Shown: positions 1-13,125, counted from the whole stretch's first letter. The stretch is DNA of 62,494 bases, filler included, from Choristocarpus tenellus KU-1152 (GCA_964200185.2; 13 parts of 13 records of this genome joined end to end with filler, not necessarily neighbours in it); one strand, 5' to 3'. Notes: a model not told the origin generated them from the letters alone. Numbers and translations are program-made.

Positions 1-429
1 TGGTCTACAGAGGGAAAAGGACAGCAGTCAACAGCATTAGGAAATTCCATTACGTGCTCTAGAGGCAAACACTACAGATATGCCATAGAGGTATAGTATT
101 GTAGACCAACAACCCACAATGTAAGCAAGCAACAGGTGGCTCTCTGCACACCTCCCTTCAACAGGTATTGAATGATTTTTTTATTTGCATCACACACATT
201 TGGCACTACCAATCTGCTTGTGTGTGATGCAAATAAAAAAATCATTCAACAGAAATTACCATCCCCAATTGGGCTTTGCAGGGGGGTGCCCTTGAGCTAT
301 CGCCGACAGGAACCCTGTGGACATGTTGTTGCACTGAAAACACAGTGGTCTCAGCTGCACATACACATCAATCTCTCCTCAAATTGTGCAAGATCAAGAT
401 GTCTTCAGTTGGACACAGGTAAGTAAGAT

Positions 430-454
430 CACACACACAAACACATACACACAC

Positions 455-497
<43 letters not shown>
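430..497. repeat. (CA)n microsatellite at the start of a USP intron
   Basis: Directly visible, just after the donor at 503. Confidence 0.95.
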
Positions 498-498
<1 letters not shown>

Positions 499-503
499 CT
501 TAC

Positions 504-3500
504 CAGAAAGGGGTTCCAGCACGATTGACTTCCATAGGTTCTCCATGTGGTCATAAGTAAGCTGAATTTTCGACTTGGAAACGGCAAACTCCAAAAAGTC
601 CAATCGAATCTTGAGCGTCTCCCCGTAGGGCATTCTAGCTCTCTCAAACGTGGATGACATGATGTCAGTCTCCGCTCCACTCTTCTTTAGTGCAGTTGTA
701 GCAACCGACCGATATCGAAGAAGTTCCTTCAAATAAAAATAAAAACAAACAAAAAGGAACTTCAAATACAGCACGCACTTTAAATACACAAATAATAATA
801 ATAATAATAAAAATGCTACTGACCAAAAAAAGTACGACTATTATAGTGCACACACACACACACAAGTATAATCACCTGAGGAAATGCAACTGGAACTCTT
901 GCATGATGCAAATTAGTTGTTTCTGTATTACACACAACAAAAATTTTATCCTGACAACAGATGTATGGATGCAACCAATTCAAAGGGACTGCAGAATTAC
1001 GGGCATTAGAGGGCAAACAGTCACTACCATTGTCACTACCATTGTCCAGGACAACCGGCGCTATGAGCAAATACAACATATATACATACATACATACGTA
1101 ACATATATAGATGTATCTACTGCCTCTAAGAATTATATTTTTTTCTTCTGGGAAATTACAGTTCCACTTATCGCAGATGATTCTTAATAATAATGGAATT
1201 AGTAAGGAATAATAATGGAATTAATAAGAAATAATAATGGAATTAGTAAGGAACGAAAGAAAAAACAACAACAATAATAATAATAGTAGTAGTAATAACA
1301 GCGACACATAAGTTGAGCAAGCGGAATCAGAAGGGTTTTTTTTTTAATATTTCTCGCAACGAACGCTACAGAGCAAACCAGTCCCTCAACACCATCTTGG
1401 TTGCAGGCACTACCTACCAAAATACACTCATGTCGCCATTGCAACAGCGGACACTACAGGGTCCAATTATGACCAGATGCTCTAGGAGGGTAACACCAGC
1501 ATCAAGGCCTGTTACACTTTTCCAGAGGTGTGCAGACACAGCGTTAAGTACAGTAAGCAAAGGAGCAGTATGACTTGCAGCATTCATCCCGGCGACAGCA
1601 CATCGAAGTGAACTAGCCCTAACCCTAAAAAAAGAGAGGACAATCGGGGGGTAGGCTGGGTTATGCCATTCTCTGCTCCAACGGTGCTTTCTTTACTTAC
1701 TTTACTTACTCCCTTTACTTATATTCTTTACTTACTTTACTTACTCTCTTTACTTATATTCTTTACTTACTTTCTTTACTTACTTTACTTACTCTCTTTA
1801 CTTATATTCTTTACTTACTTTCTTTACTTACCTTACTTACTCTCTTTACTTATATTCTTTACTTTCTTTCTTTACTTACTTACCTTACTTACTCTCTTTA
1901 CTTACCTTCACGACGAGAGTCAGTAGGTCTTTCTCATCCTCCAATCTTTGCAAGAGCTGATGCTTTCTCAGACCGTCACTTGAGACATAACGCGACAGAG
2001 CTACCTCTGGCTGGGCATCAATTATTCGCTGCATGAGACGGAGGCTGGGAGCCACACTGAGCCCCTTTTCCATGTTCTCAAGACACCTGCGTATCGTGTC
2101 ATATTAGTCCCGTAATAATCACGTAATAATCACATAATAATCACGTAATAATCACATAGTAATCCCCCACAACACATCTCTCATCAGATCAAAATCTCAC
2201 CGACCTTGTATATCCATGCTAGTCGTGTCTCAGAACGAACAAGTTTGTTGCCCTTCCCATGGGATAGTCCAGAGGATTATTGTTCCCAATCACATGTGCA
2301 CGTCCCTACGATGGACCTAACCAATCAGTGCACACATCTACAAGGACAATAAAGATGGGGGTTGTGGCCTAGTCACTAGTGTGAGAGAAACTGGCCATAG
2401 CTAGTACCTCCACAGGTATACCTTTCACCGTCATACTGAATCAACACATTTCAAAGCCCTACTTAGATCCCCGATCTAGAGCTCCTACATACCCCCTAGC
2501 ACCTACATCTCAAGGAGGAAAAACAGCTGTTGCTGGTGCAAAATGCTCTTGTCTGCAGACGCTGCAATTCCAACTGACCCCTTCGAGAGGTGGTGGTTCA
2601 CAGCTGAGGGCCTAGCAGCAGGAGAGTAGGCGCCCTGCCTGTTCCCATAAGTGTCTGTGCCTCCAGGCACTTGACAGAGGAGGTCTGCTAGTGCCTGAGA
2701 AGCCTGCCCACGGCGCACAAAAGCAAATTCACATGTCAACCACTAAGATGGCAAGAGGATTGGCATGACCGACCACAATCTCCACCAGTGGCAACTCAAC
2801 TCGCTCCAAAAAAGAGAATATCCATTCGCCTCCTTACAATGCAATCAATGTTCTGCTGTGCTCGTGGTAGCCCCCAACACATGAAATCAGTCTATTTCTT
2901 CAGCACATTTCCTAGTCCCAAGTACGCAAGAGCTATCGGCGGTCCTTATGACAAAACATCAAGGCCCGGCAAATATGCAGCTTGCCACAGTTTTAAAGCA
3001 TACATCACGCCATGCCATCTTCACCTGGTCAGCCACATGCGCGGTCACCGGGGCATCATCTTGCATCGCTGCCCAGAGCAGCTCTAGACCATTCCCGAAC
3101 ACTGATACGGTTCCTAGAAAATAAAATATAATTAAAATAAGACATGGATTTTGGACAGGAGCAAAAAAAATGAAGGTCTCGTACTTCAAAACATTCAAAA
3201 CAAGTTATCACACCCTTCGATGCCAACCTCCATGCAACAGGACAGCATGTACCAGATTCTATCATGCAATCCATGCAACAGGACAGCATGTACCAGATTC
3301 TATCATGCAACCCGTGCAGCAGGACAGCATGTACCAGATTCTATCATGCAACCCGTGCAACAGGACAGCATGTATCGGATTCTATCATGCAATCCATGTA
3401 ACAGTCTCCACAAACCTTCAGAGAGGTGTTGGGTGGAACCACAGCCATCAATAGCCGCAGACTCTGCAAAACCCTTGATGAGTTCGATCTGAACCTCCTC

Positions 3501-6500
3501 ATAGGTAGGGGGAAGCTGTCGCAGATGATTGTGCAGTATGTCTAGCCCGGCAACATCCACCCTGGATGAGAGCTCAATCACAAGGTCATAGACCACATGC
3601 ACCTGCAAAGAGATAGAACACACCAGCGTTCAGGTGCCCAGCTCACACACTCAACCTCAAGGTATTTTCTTTCCCACTACTACTACATAGTTTCTGCACG
3701 GTGTGTGTGTGTGTGTATGTGAGTGCCCAGGCCCTTGTTTAAATACAGCCAAAACATCACACCTACCTGGCATGAGCCAGGGGCGCATTTCAATCAAAGA
3801 TGAACTGGTAACATGCATCGATCCAATTAGCTCAAACCCAGCCATGACACAAAACTCCCACTACACTAATACCCTCCCTGCAAAGGTTCATTGAAGAACC
3901 TCCTGGCTGTTTCATGCTGACCAGCAACAAAGAATATTTACGTCACATACACACACACACACATAATACATACATACTATGTAAGTTACATTACACGCAA
4001 TATATACATAATAACATAATAACATCTAAAGGCTTTTAACCTGCGCATCAGGCTGCCCCTGGCTTGCTGCCCACAGAAGGTTCAGGTGTCGAGAGCTGAG
4101 TTTTCCTTCCCTGGCCATGAAGCACAACAAATTAGTAGAACGGCGGAGTATTTCCACGTGAGGAGGGTCCACCTGCAACAAAGATTCGAAAAAAACATTG
4201 CAACGGGAAAGCATTGGCCTCAGAGCATCAGCCGACAATGTCATGGGACAACATCCGGTAAGAAACCACCTCCCCTCCCTTGGTGTCACCTTGGTGTCAC
4301 CTTAGTGTCACGAGACAGACCCACCTCAAGATCAAAGCCCTCACAGACTTAACTTGCACACACCACCACCTCGTGCTGGAGGTGTTTTGAAGGCGATGGG
4401 AAAATTCTCGTGAGAAATAGAACGCCTCCTCAAGTAGGACTCGGTCCCTCTGATACACTCAAGTCAGTTCAGAAAATGACACTCTCCAACACCAGCACAG
4501 CCCACCTTGATCTTGGCCCCAGACCCAGAGAAGTCTATGTCCCCCAGCACCACCTCCAGAACTCCTTGCTCTTCAAGGCAGTCGGCCAACCCCTGTGCTT
4601 CACCCCCTCCCAATTTAACGTGTTGGTTTCTACCGAGTTGGCCAACCACTGTGTTCCTGTCCTGGGATTGGTCGTGTGTAGTTTGACTGTGCCACAGAGC
4701 AGCGGACACCGTCGTCAGCACATTTTAGTTCATGACACATGCGCTTACTACCGACCTACTACCCTTTGTCGGAATTGTTCAGTACTGCAAGAGAGGCAAA
4801 AAACGGAAGAGGGGAGTTTTACTAAAAACATCCAGTAGGCGTTGGACAGGGCCTTCCTCAACTCAGGGGCCAGGCCTTGGCTCCAGGAGCAAGCAACAGA
4901 GACATGTGCAACTCAACAACCTGTACCACAAGGCGTGCATAAAACTTGCTGATGAAGTAGTACAGGATGGACCTCGAGCAAAGAGGTAGCCCCGAGCACA
5001 CTTCCTGGCAAGAGGAAAAGCTGGAGCAACTCCTACCTGCAGGCATACACACTGGGGTCAGAGACCAAAGTCAGCGAACCTCATTGGTCACCTTCTATAG
5101 TTGACAATTGCACGATTGATGATGTCATTGAGGAACGCCATCCCTTGTATCTTGGAGTTGAGATACGGGCACCTGAGCAGCTGGAGGGCCAGGGACAGGT
5201 GAAGACGCTCCAAGCGTTCCTCTACCTGAACACACACAAACATACACAACAGAAAAGATTTAGCTCATTCAGGGTTAACACTAACACGGATTGGATACGG
5301 AAGCATCAAACGAGCACTGTTGTACTGAGCCAAACACAAGCAAAATCCTGAGAGGCATGTTTGCTTGCTGACAAGGACATTCACATTCTTCTTGGGCACT
5401 CTTGACTCTTGAATCTTCACATTCTTGAATCTTCACTTTTGACGGTCTTGTCCTCAACAACAAAACAAATCCATATTTTTTTAGGCACTAAGCTTTTGAG
5501 AGTATTGCAGATGCATGTAATAACTAGAATAAAATGGAATATCACCTGCAATTTTAAAGTCAGAAATGTATGTGTGTGTGTGTGTGTGTTTGGACAAGTG
5601 GGGGCAAGGTGGAAAGCACAAAGTTGGTTCGACGTCCTACCTTTGGAGTAATGCTTCAACCCACTATAGGATATTCCATCCTATGAAATATATGTTCCGA
5701 GCAAAAGCTGGCATCCTAACCCATTGATCAAGCTATTGTAACACTCCCAACTCACAATTCAGCATTATTATTATTATATTACTATTATTATTATTATTAT
5801 TATAGAAATGGCCTTGACAAGGGGAGCGTTTTGTTTTTTGGGCGTTATTGTTGCTTTCACATCTACATTATCGTTACACCTTCGATGGTGTGAAACCGTT
5901 CTCATTGAAAATGCTGATATACAGGACAGGACTCACAGGACACATCATTGGTCGCTCACTCCGTTGTGGTTGGCAGTGCAGGCCATATGAACAAAAAAAA
6001 TACTTGGGAGGCATTAGAGTACTCTGAGCGTCACTGGGCCGTCCTCTGATGTTCATTACATCACAGGCTTAAATAGTCTTCAGCCTTGACAGCGTCATTG
6101 TTGCCATCTCTCCCAATCATTTCCACCTCAATCTCCTGAAATTTCTCCTCTTCTACACCTCACTCTAGAGCACCCACCAGTCTCCGCAACTTTTCCCTTC
6201 CTTACAGCATAACTCATCCGGGACATGCATCAACTTGCTTCACTGATGCAGACTCCCAGCTCGTCCAGCTATGACTTAAAGACCTTCCACCTCCCATCCG
6301 AGTCAACTCGAATGCCCCCCCCCCCCAACCCCCGACATGCTAAGGATCTCCCCTTCCTTCTCTCCTCTCAACTCTTCACAGTGTCCTAAAACTATGTCTC
6401 TTCCAACTCCCACTCCTTGGCACATGACCTCAACCGCCTCAATCCACCACATACAGAATTGTTGATGAACCCGTATTACATAAATCACCACCATGCATGC

Positions 6501-7220
6501 CTGCCCTTTCAATACCAACTCTCCCTTGGCCAACCCAACTGTCTCCACCCGACTTTTGGCATCAGTTCCTCAATTCTGTTCAGCATTACTTATGGCTTTT
6601 GGCATCAGTCTACAATTCACATATCTTCACCGCTGCAGCCATGCCGGCCCCTGCTTGATCTTTGGTCAAGCCCCCCCCCCTCCCCCTCTTATATTACAGC
6701 ATCCCTCATCCTGATCTGCAGGCACCTCTGGTAGCAACCCTCTCCACCACTTGCTTTTCACATTTGTCGCCTAGGGACTACTTGCTTAGGGCGTCAACAG
6801 ATTTAGATCATATTTGAATTACAAATGACTGGACAGATCCCCTATAATATATGCCTACTCTTTTTCTACTTGGCAACTAAATGCAGTGTTCCTTAGTGTC
6901 CTTGCCTGAACCTACAAAAAACAGATGACTCTTGTGAATTGCTGAAAAGTCCCCCTCCCCCAACTTTTATAAAAAGTCAGCAGCTGAAATTAAAACCAGC
7001 AGGGGGTCAAGTAGTACATTGAATCGAGGCCAAGGTCGTAAGCTCTAACCTGGTTACTTGATCAGAGGTGAACACCATACACACACAAAAAGAAGGAGTC
7101 AAGAGCGCAATTACAGGTCTCACCGACTGACCCAAATTTTGCAAATGGAGGAATATCAAAAAGTGCCTAGAAAGGTGAGCTAATTTTCCCACTTATTCTA
7201 GGTGCACCCATCGCAGCAGA

Positions 7221-7252
<32 letters not shown>

Positions 7253-7757
7253 TTATTTTTTAAACAGCAGAATAATTTTCAAAAAATTGCACAAAAAACA
7301 CACCGCAAAAAACACCCACGTTGAAGAAAGGAAGAACGCTGGGAAGGATCAGCTCCATATCCTTCACAATCTGTCCGGGGATTGAGGTGTCCTCAGCATC
7401 CCGCAGGTCTTTCAGTTCCGCGTTGGACAAGCGATCAAGCCTTGCAAACACACGCTCCTGAACTGCCTCAAAGTACCTGGTGGGGGCAAGTAACGATCAC
7501 CGCGCAAAACTGGTCGGCAAACACAACATGAATCAGCTCCAAGCCCTGCGACAAAAAACTCAGTTCAAACCGCACCTCTCCACTGAAGTGGGCGTGAGCA
7601 AACGAAAGGTTGTCCCAAGTATTCCCAGGTAGACAACAAGCTCCTCCAGCGGAACTGGTTCTGGCTGGCGTCCAGGATCCATTCGGTCCAAAATCGCTGC
7701 AAACCCACCAGCCCGCCTGAAGTGGTTCATGTTCAGCAGAAAAAGCTCTCCAGTATC
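504..7757 (-). CDS. Partial multi-exon gene: N-terminal helical region of a USP9X/USP24/USP34-type ubiquitin-specific protease
   Basis: 11 GT-AG exons splice in frame: 7757-7576, 7476-7320, 5225-5092, 4686-4506, 4172-4041, 3602-3416, 3113-3025, 2703-2507, 2086-1906, 726-504 are the ten I could place exactly; the gene continues past 504 and upstream of the contig end. Peptides NHFRRAGGFAAILDR, LSLALQLLRCPYLNSKIQGMAFLNDII, HVEILRRS..LCFMA..GKLS..HLNLLW and RLDFLEF..SKIQLTYDHMENLW match the motif series I recall for this family. The catalytic domain is not in the window. Confidence 0.8.
1690..1905 (-). repeat. Low-complexity tandem array (period about 39 bp) built from GTAAGT/GTAAAG on the sense strand
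   Basis: The + strand reads ttacttac... repeatedly. The array begins exactly at the exon donor (1905). Confidence 0.9.
2111..2163. repeat. 11-bp tandem repeat (TAATAATCACR), about 4.5 copies
   Basis: Directly visible, intronic. Confidence 0.9.
3231..3402. repeat. 41-bp minisatellite, about 4 copies, in a USP intron
   Basis: Unit catgcaacaggacagcatgtaccagattctatcatgcaatc. Confidence 0.95.
5950..6810 (+). mobile_element. Possible highly decayed non-LTR retrotransposon 3' region inside a USP intron
   Basis: C-rich broken reading frames ending ...FHICRLGTTCLGRQQI*, reminiscent of brown-algal LINE C-termini (from memory). No RT motif seen. Confidence 0.25.
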
Positions 7758-7837
7758 CTGCGGGGGGGGGGGGGGGGGGGGGAACAACCCGGAGCCTTTA
7801 AACAACCATTTTTTAATAAAAAAAAAAAAAAAAAAAA

Positions 7838-7937
7838 NNNNNNNNNNNNNNNNNNNNNNNNNNNNNNNNNNNNNNNNNNNNTTAATTAATTAANNNNNNN
7901 NNNNNNNNNNNNNNNNNNNNNNNNNNNNNNNNNNNNN
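7838..7937. other. Artificial contig linker (N-TTAATTAATTAA-N). Also at 14586, 17542, 21408, 26760, 31462, 37250, 40139, 43598, 50447, 53783 and 57029
   Basis: Identical 100-nt spacers carrying stop codons in all six frames. Confidence 0.98.
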
Positions 7938-8026
7938 TCGGATTTGAAATGTCTGCAAAAAAAAGTTGTTTGACCGAAACGGACGCCCCCTCACCACCCC
8001 CCCCCCCCTCCCAGATACTTTGAGTC
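7938..8026. mobile_element. MITE-B terminus (truncated by contig end)
   Basis: Poly-C followed by CCAGATACTTTGAGTC. Confidence 0.8.
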
Positions 8027-8275
8027 GCACAATCACATGGTGTTTCTTAATACGAATCCTATGCGCATTCGGGTTTGCCAATTGATCCAATACTGAATTA
8101 ATATTTGCCGACCAAGTTAGTACTGAGGGTGTGAGCAACGATAATACGATTCCATATATATTTAGGCTCTTTGTGTTGGTCTACTTCAGGTATGGAATGA
8201 ATGATTGGCTCCACCATAGCATCAGTATCAAGGCCGGAGTGTCAGTGTTGTGTAACAGACGATGATTTCACGGCC
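8027..8275 (-). mobile_element. Second Ty3/gypsy pol fragment (PR-RT spacer)
   Basis: Diverged copy of about 11110-11360 (VEPIIHSIP, WNRIIVAHTLST, QLANPNAHRIRIKKHHVI). Confidence 0.8.
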
Positions 8276-8585
8276 ACCTCGCGTTAAAACCTTGAATTGG
8301 ATTATTCATAAATTCTATTGAAGTGCCCCGTGTAGAGAGACTTCAGGTCTTGCAATGTGAAGAGGTGACTCAGTGCACTGAAACGCTGTTGATGGAATTC
8401 AACTCGATAAGTTTGGTGATGTGCTCTGCCAAGAGGGTTGTTGATAGCATACAGTACAACACTTTTCAGTGTGGTAGTGCAGGAAAATTACGCATGCTCT
8501 TAGAAGAGGCTTGTTAAGTTGTAAAGAAAGCTATGAATATATTCACTCTGAATGTATCTTGTACAGGTGCGCATCAATGTACACC

Positions 8586-8740
8586 TGTAGCAAAGTGAGG
8601 TGGTGGTCTCACAAGGGGGTGACACCTCACAACTATAAACAAATTAACAGGATTATCTGTCTTGTAAGAAATTAAAGAGTCAGGTTGAGTCTGAGTCAAT
8701 ACACTGATAAATAGCATTACCTCCCAAGGTAAATTGCACA
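8586..8740. mobile_element. Short TG...CA element with a terminal hairpin; related copy at 50235-50319
   Basis: TGTAGCAAAG...GCATTACCTCCCAAGGTAAATTGCACA. It cuts the gypsy integrase right after the HHCC motif. Confidence 0.45.
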
Positions 8741-9344
8741 CATTTGGCATGCTTGACAATCACGACATCATATACGAAAGTCGATATTGAATGTTGACCA
8801 CCAATACGAATCTCTAACCTTATCGAACGTGGGCTTGAAACCTAAGTGGCCTCCAGACAATGCATGGTCATGACAAGCATGGAGTACAAGACGGACTAAC
8901 GAGCGAGGAACGACCCAACTGATCTCTCAACGTGCTCATCTTACGAAGATTGCCTGGTAAATACAAACGATATAGTAAGCCATTACGAGGAAACATTACG
9001 ACATAGACGTCGTTGATTCCTTATCGGGTGGTGGGGTGACGTTGGGGGACTGCAAATACCTGAAATATGGTAACTCAGATTCCTACTCCTTGTTCAATTG
9101 CTCCTGGTCCACTCAGGAAACACAGTAGTGGAACTCGTAAATAGCTCACAATCACTTTGGACGGGCATTGCTTGGTCAAGGTTAGAAGCAGATAAACCAT
9201 ATTACTTTTGAACTCGTGTGGCAAATACACGACTACCTTCAGGCACATTACGACAGGTTGGTGCCAGCATTGGAGTAACGGATTTCTCCCGTTCCTCGAA
9301 CTTGAAAATACGAGATAGAGTATCAGGTATAACCTGGAGCTTAT

Positions 9345-9603
9345 GAGTCAACGTATCTTTGAGGGTAGAACCACGTCCATTTGGGGGCCAAAATCCAATG
9401 TTGATATTTTGATGTAATTTTGGCTGTCGTGTTTGTTAGGAGATGTCAATATCCTTGTTCTGAACACACGTTTTCATAATGTATACATATTAACTACTCC
9501 GAACCATATCGGATTAGGTAAAATTTCATTAAAAACCAGTGGGAAGCCAAGCCCCAAATGGACAAACAGGGCAAACGTCGTACCCTCTAAGATACTTTCA
9601 CTC
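9345..9603 (+). mobile_element. MITE-A, complete (259 bp), TSD TTAT, inserted in gypsy RNase H
   Basis: Termini GAGTCAACGTATCTTTGAGGGTA and TACCCTCTAAGATACTTTCACTC. Removing the element and one TSD restores HKPDKLQVIPDTLSR. Confidence 0.95.
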
Positions 9604-12600
9604 TTATCGGGCTTGTGTTTGACAGTGAAATCATAAGCTTGAAGAGCAATGGCCAAACGAGTAAGCATGCTACTGATATCCTGCATTCTATACAAGTAAC
9701 ACAATGCGGCATGATCTGTTATCCAGGTAAAGTGTCTACCCCAAAGATACGGTCGCCAATGAGTGATAGCTGTAACGACTGCATAACATCCTCTTAATGT
9801 AGCTGAATAATGACGTTGAGCTTCATTAGATTTCTTGCTGAGGTATGCAATAATACCTAGGTCTGGAGGATTATCGGATTGGCGTTGTGCTAAAAAACCT
9901 CCAGCACCACTCTCACTGGCATAAAGACGGACGATGAAGTCTTTGGTAACGTCAGGGAATACGAGAACCGGAGCTGCAGTGAGTAATTGTTTTACTTTAA
10001 AAAATGACACGTCCTTGTCCAATCCGCATTCTTTATCCACTCTCTTACTGACACCTATTTTAGTGAGACGAACTAACGGTTCAATCACTGTGGCTATGTT
10101 AGGTATGAATTTATGCACAAAATTAACCATACCCAGGACAGATCGAAGTTCTTTGATGGTGGTGGGTTTGGGTAACTCAGTGATTGCATGAAGCTGATCT
10201 TCCCTGATACGAATCCTTTCAGACGATAAAATGTGACCCAGATAACGTACTTCTTTAGGTCCAAATTGGATCTTTGACGGTTTCAAGGTTAATCCTGCTG
10301 CTTGCAAAGCTTTGGATTGCTGTTCTAGTAAGTGCAGATGTCCTTCCCATGTGGGAGAACAAGCAATCAGATCATCCATGTAAACTAGCAACCCACTCAA
10401 TGGACCAAAATTGGCAAAGGCTAAGGACATGATTCTTTGAAATTGCCAGGGAGCATTTGATATCCCAAAGGGCCATCCTCTTAAAAACGTATTTGCCTCT
10501 GGACGTGACAAAAGCAGTTTTATCAATGTCATCTTCAGAAACAAGAATTTGCCAAGATGTTCTCTGAATATCACTAGCGGTGATGAATTTTGCACCCCCA
10601 ACAGTATCAAAATGAGACTCCATATCAGGCATAGGCCAAGATTGTCGAACTAGGTGTTTGTTAACAGTTGACCTATAGTCCACACAGAATCGTGGGGAGC
10701 CATCAGATTTGGACACAACAGTAACAGGACTACCCCAAGGGTTGGCACGTTTTTCAATGATTCCTTGCTCTTCCATAGATTTAACACACTAGTCAACTAC
10801 TTTTTGAGTACGGAGGTTTGCTTTCTAAGGGTTCCTGCCAACAGGTTTGGTACCAGGCTCTATAGGAATTTCTGCCTCAGCTAGAGTACATCTGCCTAGT
10901 TCTGCTGCATTCAACGAAAATATCGATCTATAACGCGCACAGAGGTCTAAAAGTTGACCCACTTGTGACTGATTGAACGCGATATCTTTGAATGCATTTG
11001 TCTTATTGAAGGCTTGATGTAATTCCTCTCTAGCTGTACTGAATGGTGCAGAATCCGTATGTAGAGCAATAACAGTGATTGGTATCTGGTCAGAAAGTAG
11101 GGTTAAGTGACCTATCACAAGATTCTTCTTGGTACGGACCTTTCGTGCCGTTGGATTTGCCATTTGAACCAATACTGATCTATTACTTGCTGACCAAGTA
11201 CTAAGAGTGCGAGCAGCTACGATACGATTCCATGGGTGTGTAGGTTCAGTTGTTTGATCTACAGCAGGCATAGAATGTATGACTGGCTCCACTACAACGG
11301 CAGTATCAAGCGATGGGCTAGTATCAGTTGTACAACGTACGATGATTTCATGACCAGGCGGTATGTTATACTGCTTATGTACAAGAATGGGTACAGGTTC
11401 AAAATCATGTTTCACACTCACCACAGAGCACGAAGGAGTGGTACTTGTATCACGTACTTGTTGTATGAGGCTCCTTGTCATGTGATGTCTCGCTGAAATG
11501 GCACACAAACTGTTGTGGAACGAGAGACATTGTTCTTGCCAATCAAGGATTGCACCGAAGACCTGGATAACACTATTATTATCAAGCAGAATTTTATCGG
11601 GACCAAGTTGGGGAATCACTAAAGCTTCAACTGGCAATGCGGTGTCACCAAGTGTAATTGCAAAACGAATACATCCACGTATATGCATTGGTGAACCGTT
11701 CGCTGCTAGTAGATTTATTGCACCAGGTGGGACAGGATGCACATCAAAACATTTCAGTTGAGGGTGATGGCGAACAAATATTTCTGAAATACATGGTACA
11801 TCACTAGCTGTGTCAATAGTCAAGTCATCTTCCTCTTGTTCTTCAATGGTGCCAGATACACGAACCCTTTGTAATGAAAACGACAAAGGTTTGGGCATGG
11901 ATGGGTATCTCCACAAAGAACTGTTGAACCAAGTTTCATTATTATTACACAAGTTTGGTTGAACTAACGGCAAAGAAAAATGCTTAGTGACACGCGTGCA
12001 GGCAATAAACGATGCCTGAGGAGCAAGAGGTGTGACTGGCGTCAACCTCTGACGCTTGCCACTCCCTATGATGGTGTCAGCAACACCATCACTGTTCCCA
12101 AGTGGACAGGAGTCAATCCACCTGGGCATCCTTAGGGACAAGGGACATAATGTCCTGGTGTTGACTGTCTATCATCACGAACACAAAAACCACGACCCCT
12201 TCCTCTATGACGCAGGTGCAGCCTACAAGTGCCCTTCGGATTTCCAGGCACGACTGAGTTTTATGACCCTCATGAGTTGCCGCCTGACAATCTGGGTACT
12301 GGCACAAACTAGTTTGGTGTTGATCAACGGTACAATGGAGGTTTGGTGGCGTCTCTTCGTAATGTGACGTGTCCAGGGGTCGTGCTGATCTGTCAGTTGA
12401 ACTGACTGCAGTAGTTGGAGTTGTCAACGACCGAGCTGGGGATCTGTTTAGGGTTGCCTTCCCCGCTCAGTGACGTTCCACCTCCGTACGGAGCCGTTGA
12501 CATTCTTGTTGTAATCGTACAAAGTCTGCCCGAGGAACTTGGTTGATGCCAGTTCCCCGAACTTGAAGTTTCAGCAGTTCCTGAAGCTATTCACAGGAGG

Positions 12601-13125
12601 CGCAGTGTTTGTTCTTGCGCACTCATTAACGTGGTGTGCAATGAATGCTGGTGCAGCATCACCGAACTTGGCCTGTGAAATGGCCAATAGTGGAACGAAC
12701 TTGTAGGCGGGACAGGTTCTTCCTGAAAGAGGACCCAACAAGTGTCACGGTCACCTGAGCTAACACGATGCTCTAGGGACGATGACACGGGTCTGGCATG
12801 AGCCTGACGATCTATTGGGGGAAGGAGGGTAATCTCGTCTACGTTCAGCAAATGTTATGTTACTTAGATGAAGTAGATGTGACAGCAGACGAGTCAGAGT
12901 CATTATTTGTTGAAGACTCCATGTCCTCTGTAGACTCTTGTCCTGAACTTCTTCTTCTGGTGTTCTTGATGGTTCCAGATGTGGGGTAGGCGCTCCTGTG
13001 CACGACATTTTCGCCTCAATCTTGAATTCAGCATATTTCGTCCGTGGTCAAACAAAAATTCCCCGTCACCGGTGTGTTGCCAATGTGAATCGTGTGATTC
13101 TGTGGCAGTGTGGTTCACTCAGGTA

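Noticed and set aside
1663-1926. Leu/Tyr/Phe-rich repeat ORF resembling a membrane protein
   Set aside because: It is the antisense translation of the intronic GTAAG array.
3231-3402. 41-bp, 42-bp (24231) and 57-bp (30463) repeats as CRISPR arrays
   Set aside because: Head-to-tail units with no unique spacers, no cas genes, and a eukaryotic context.
5660-5735. tRNA-like A-box on the minus strand (possible SINE)
   Set aside because: No B-box, cloverleaf or second copy found.
9345-9603. MITE-A or MITE-B as introner (self-splicing-out) elements
   Set aside because: No copy interrupts a host exon, and the termini do not give a consistent GT...AG pair.
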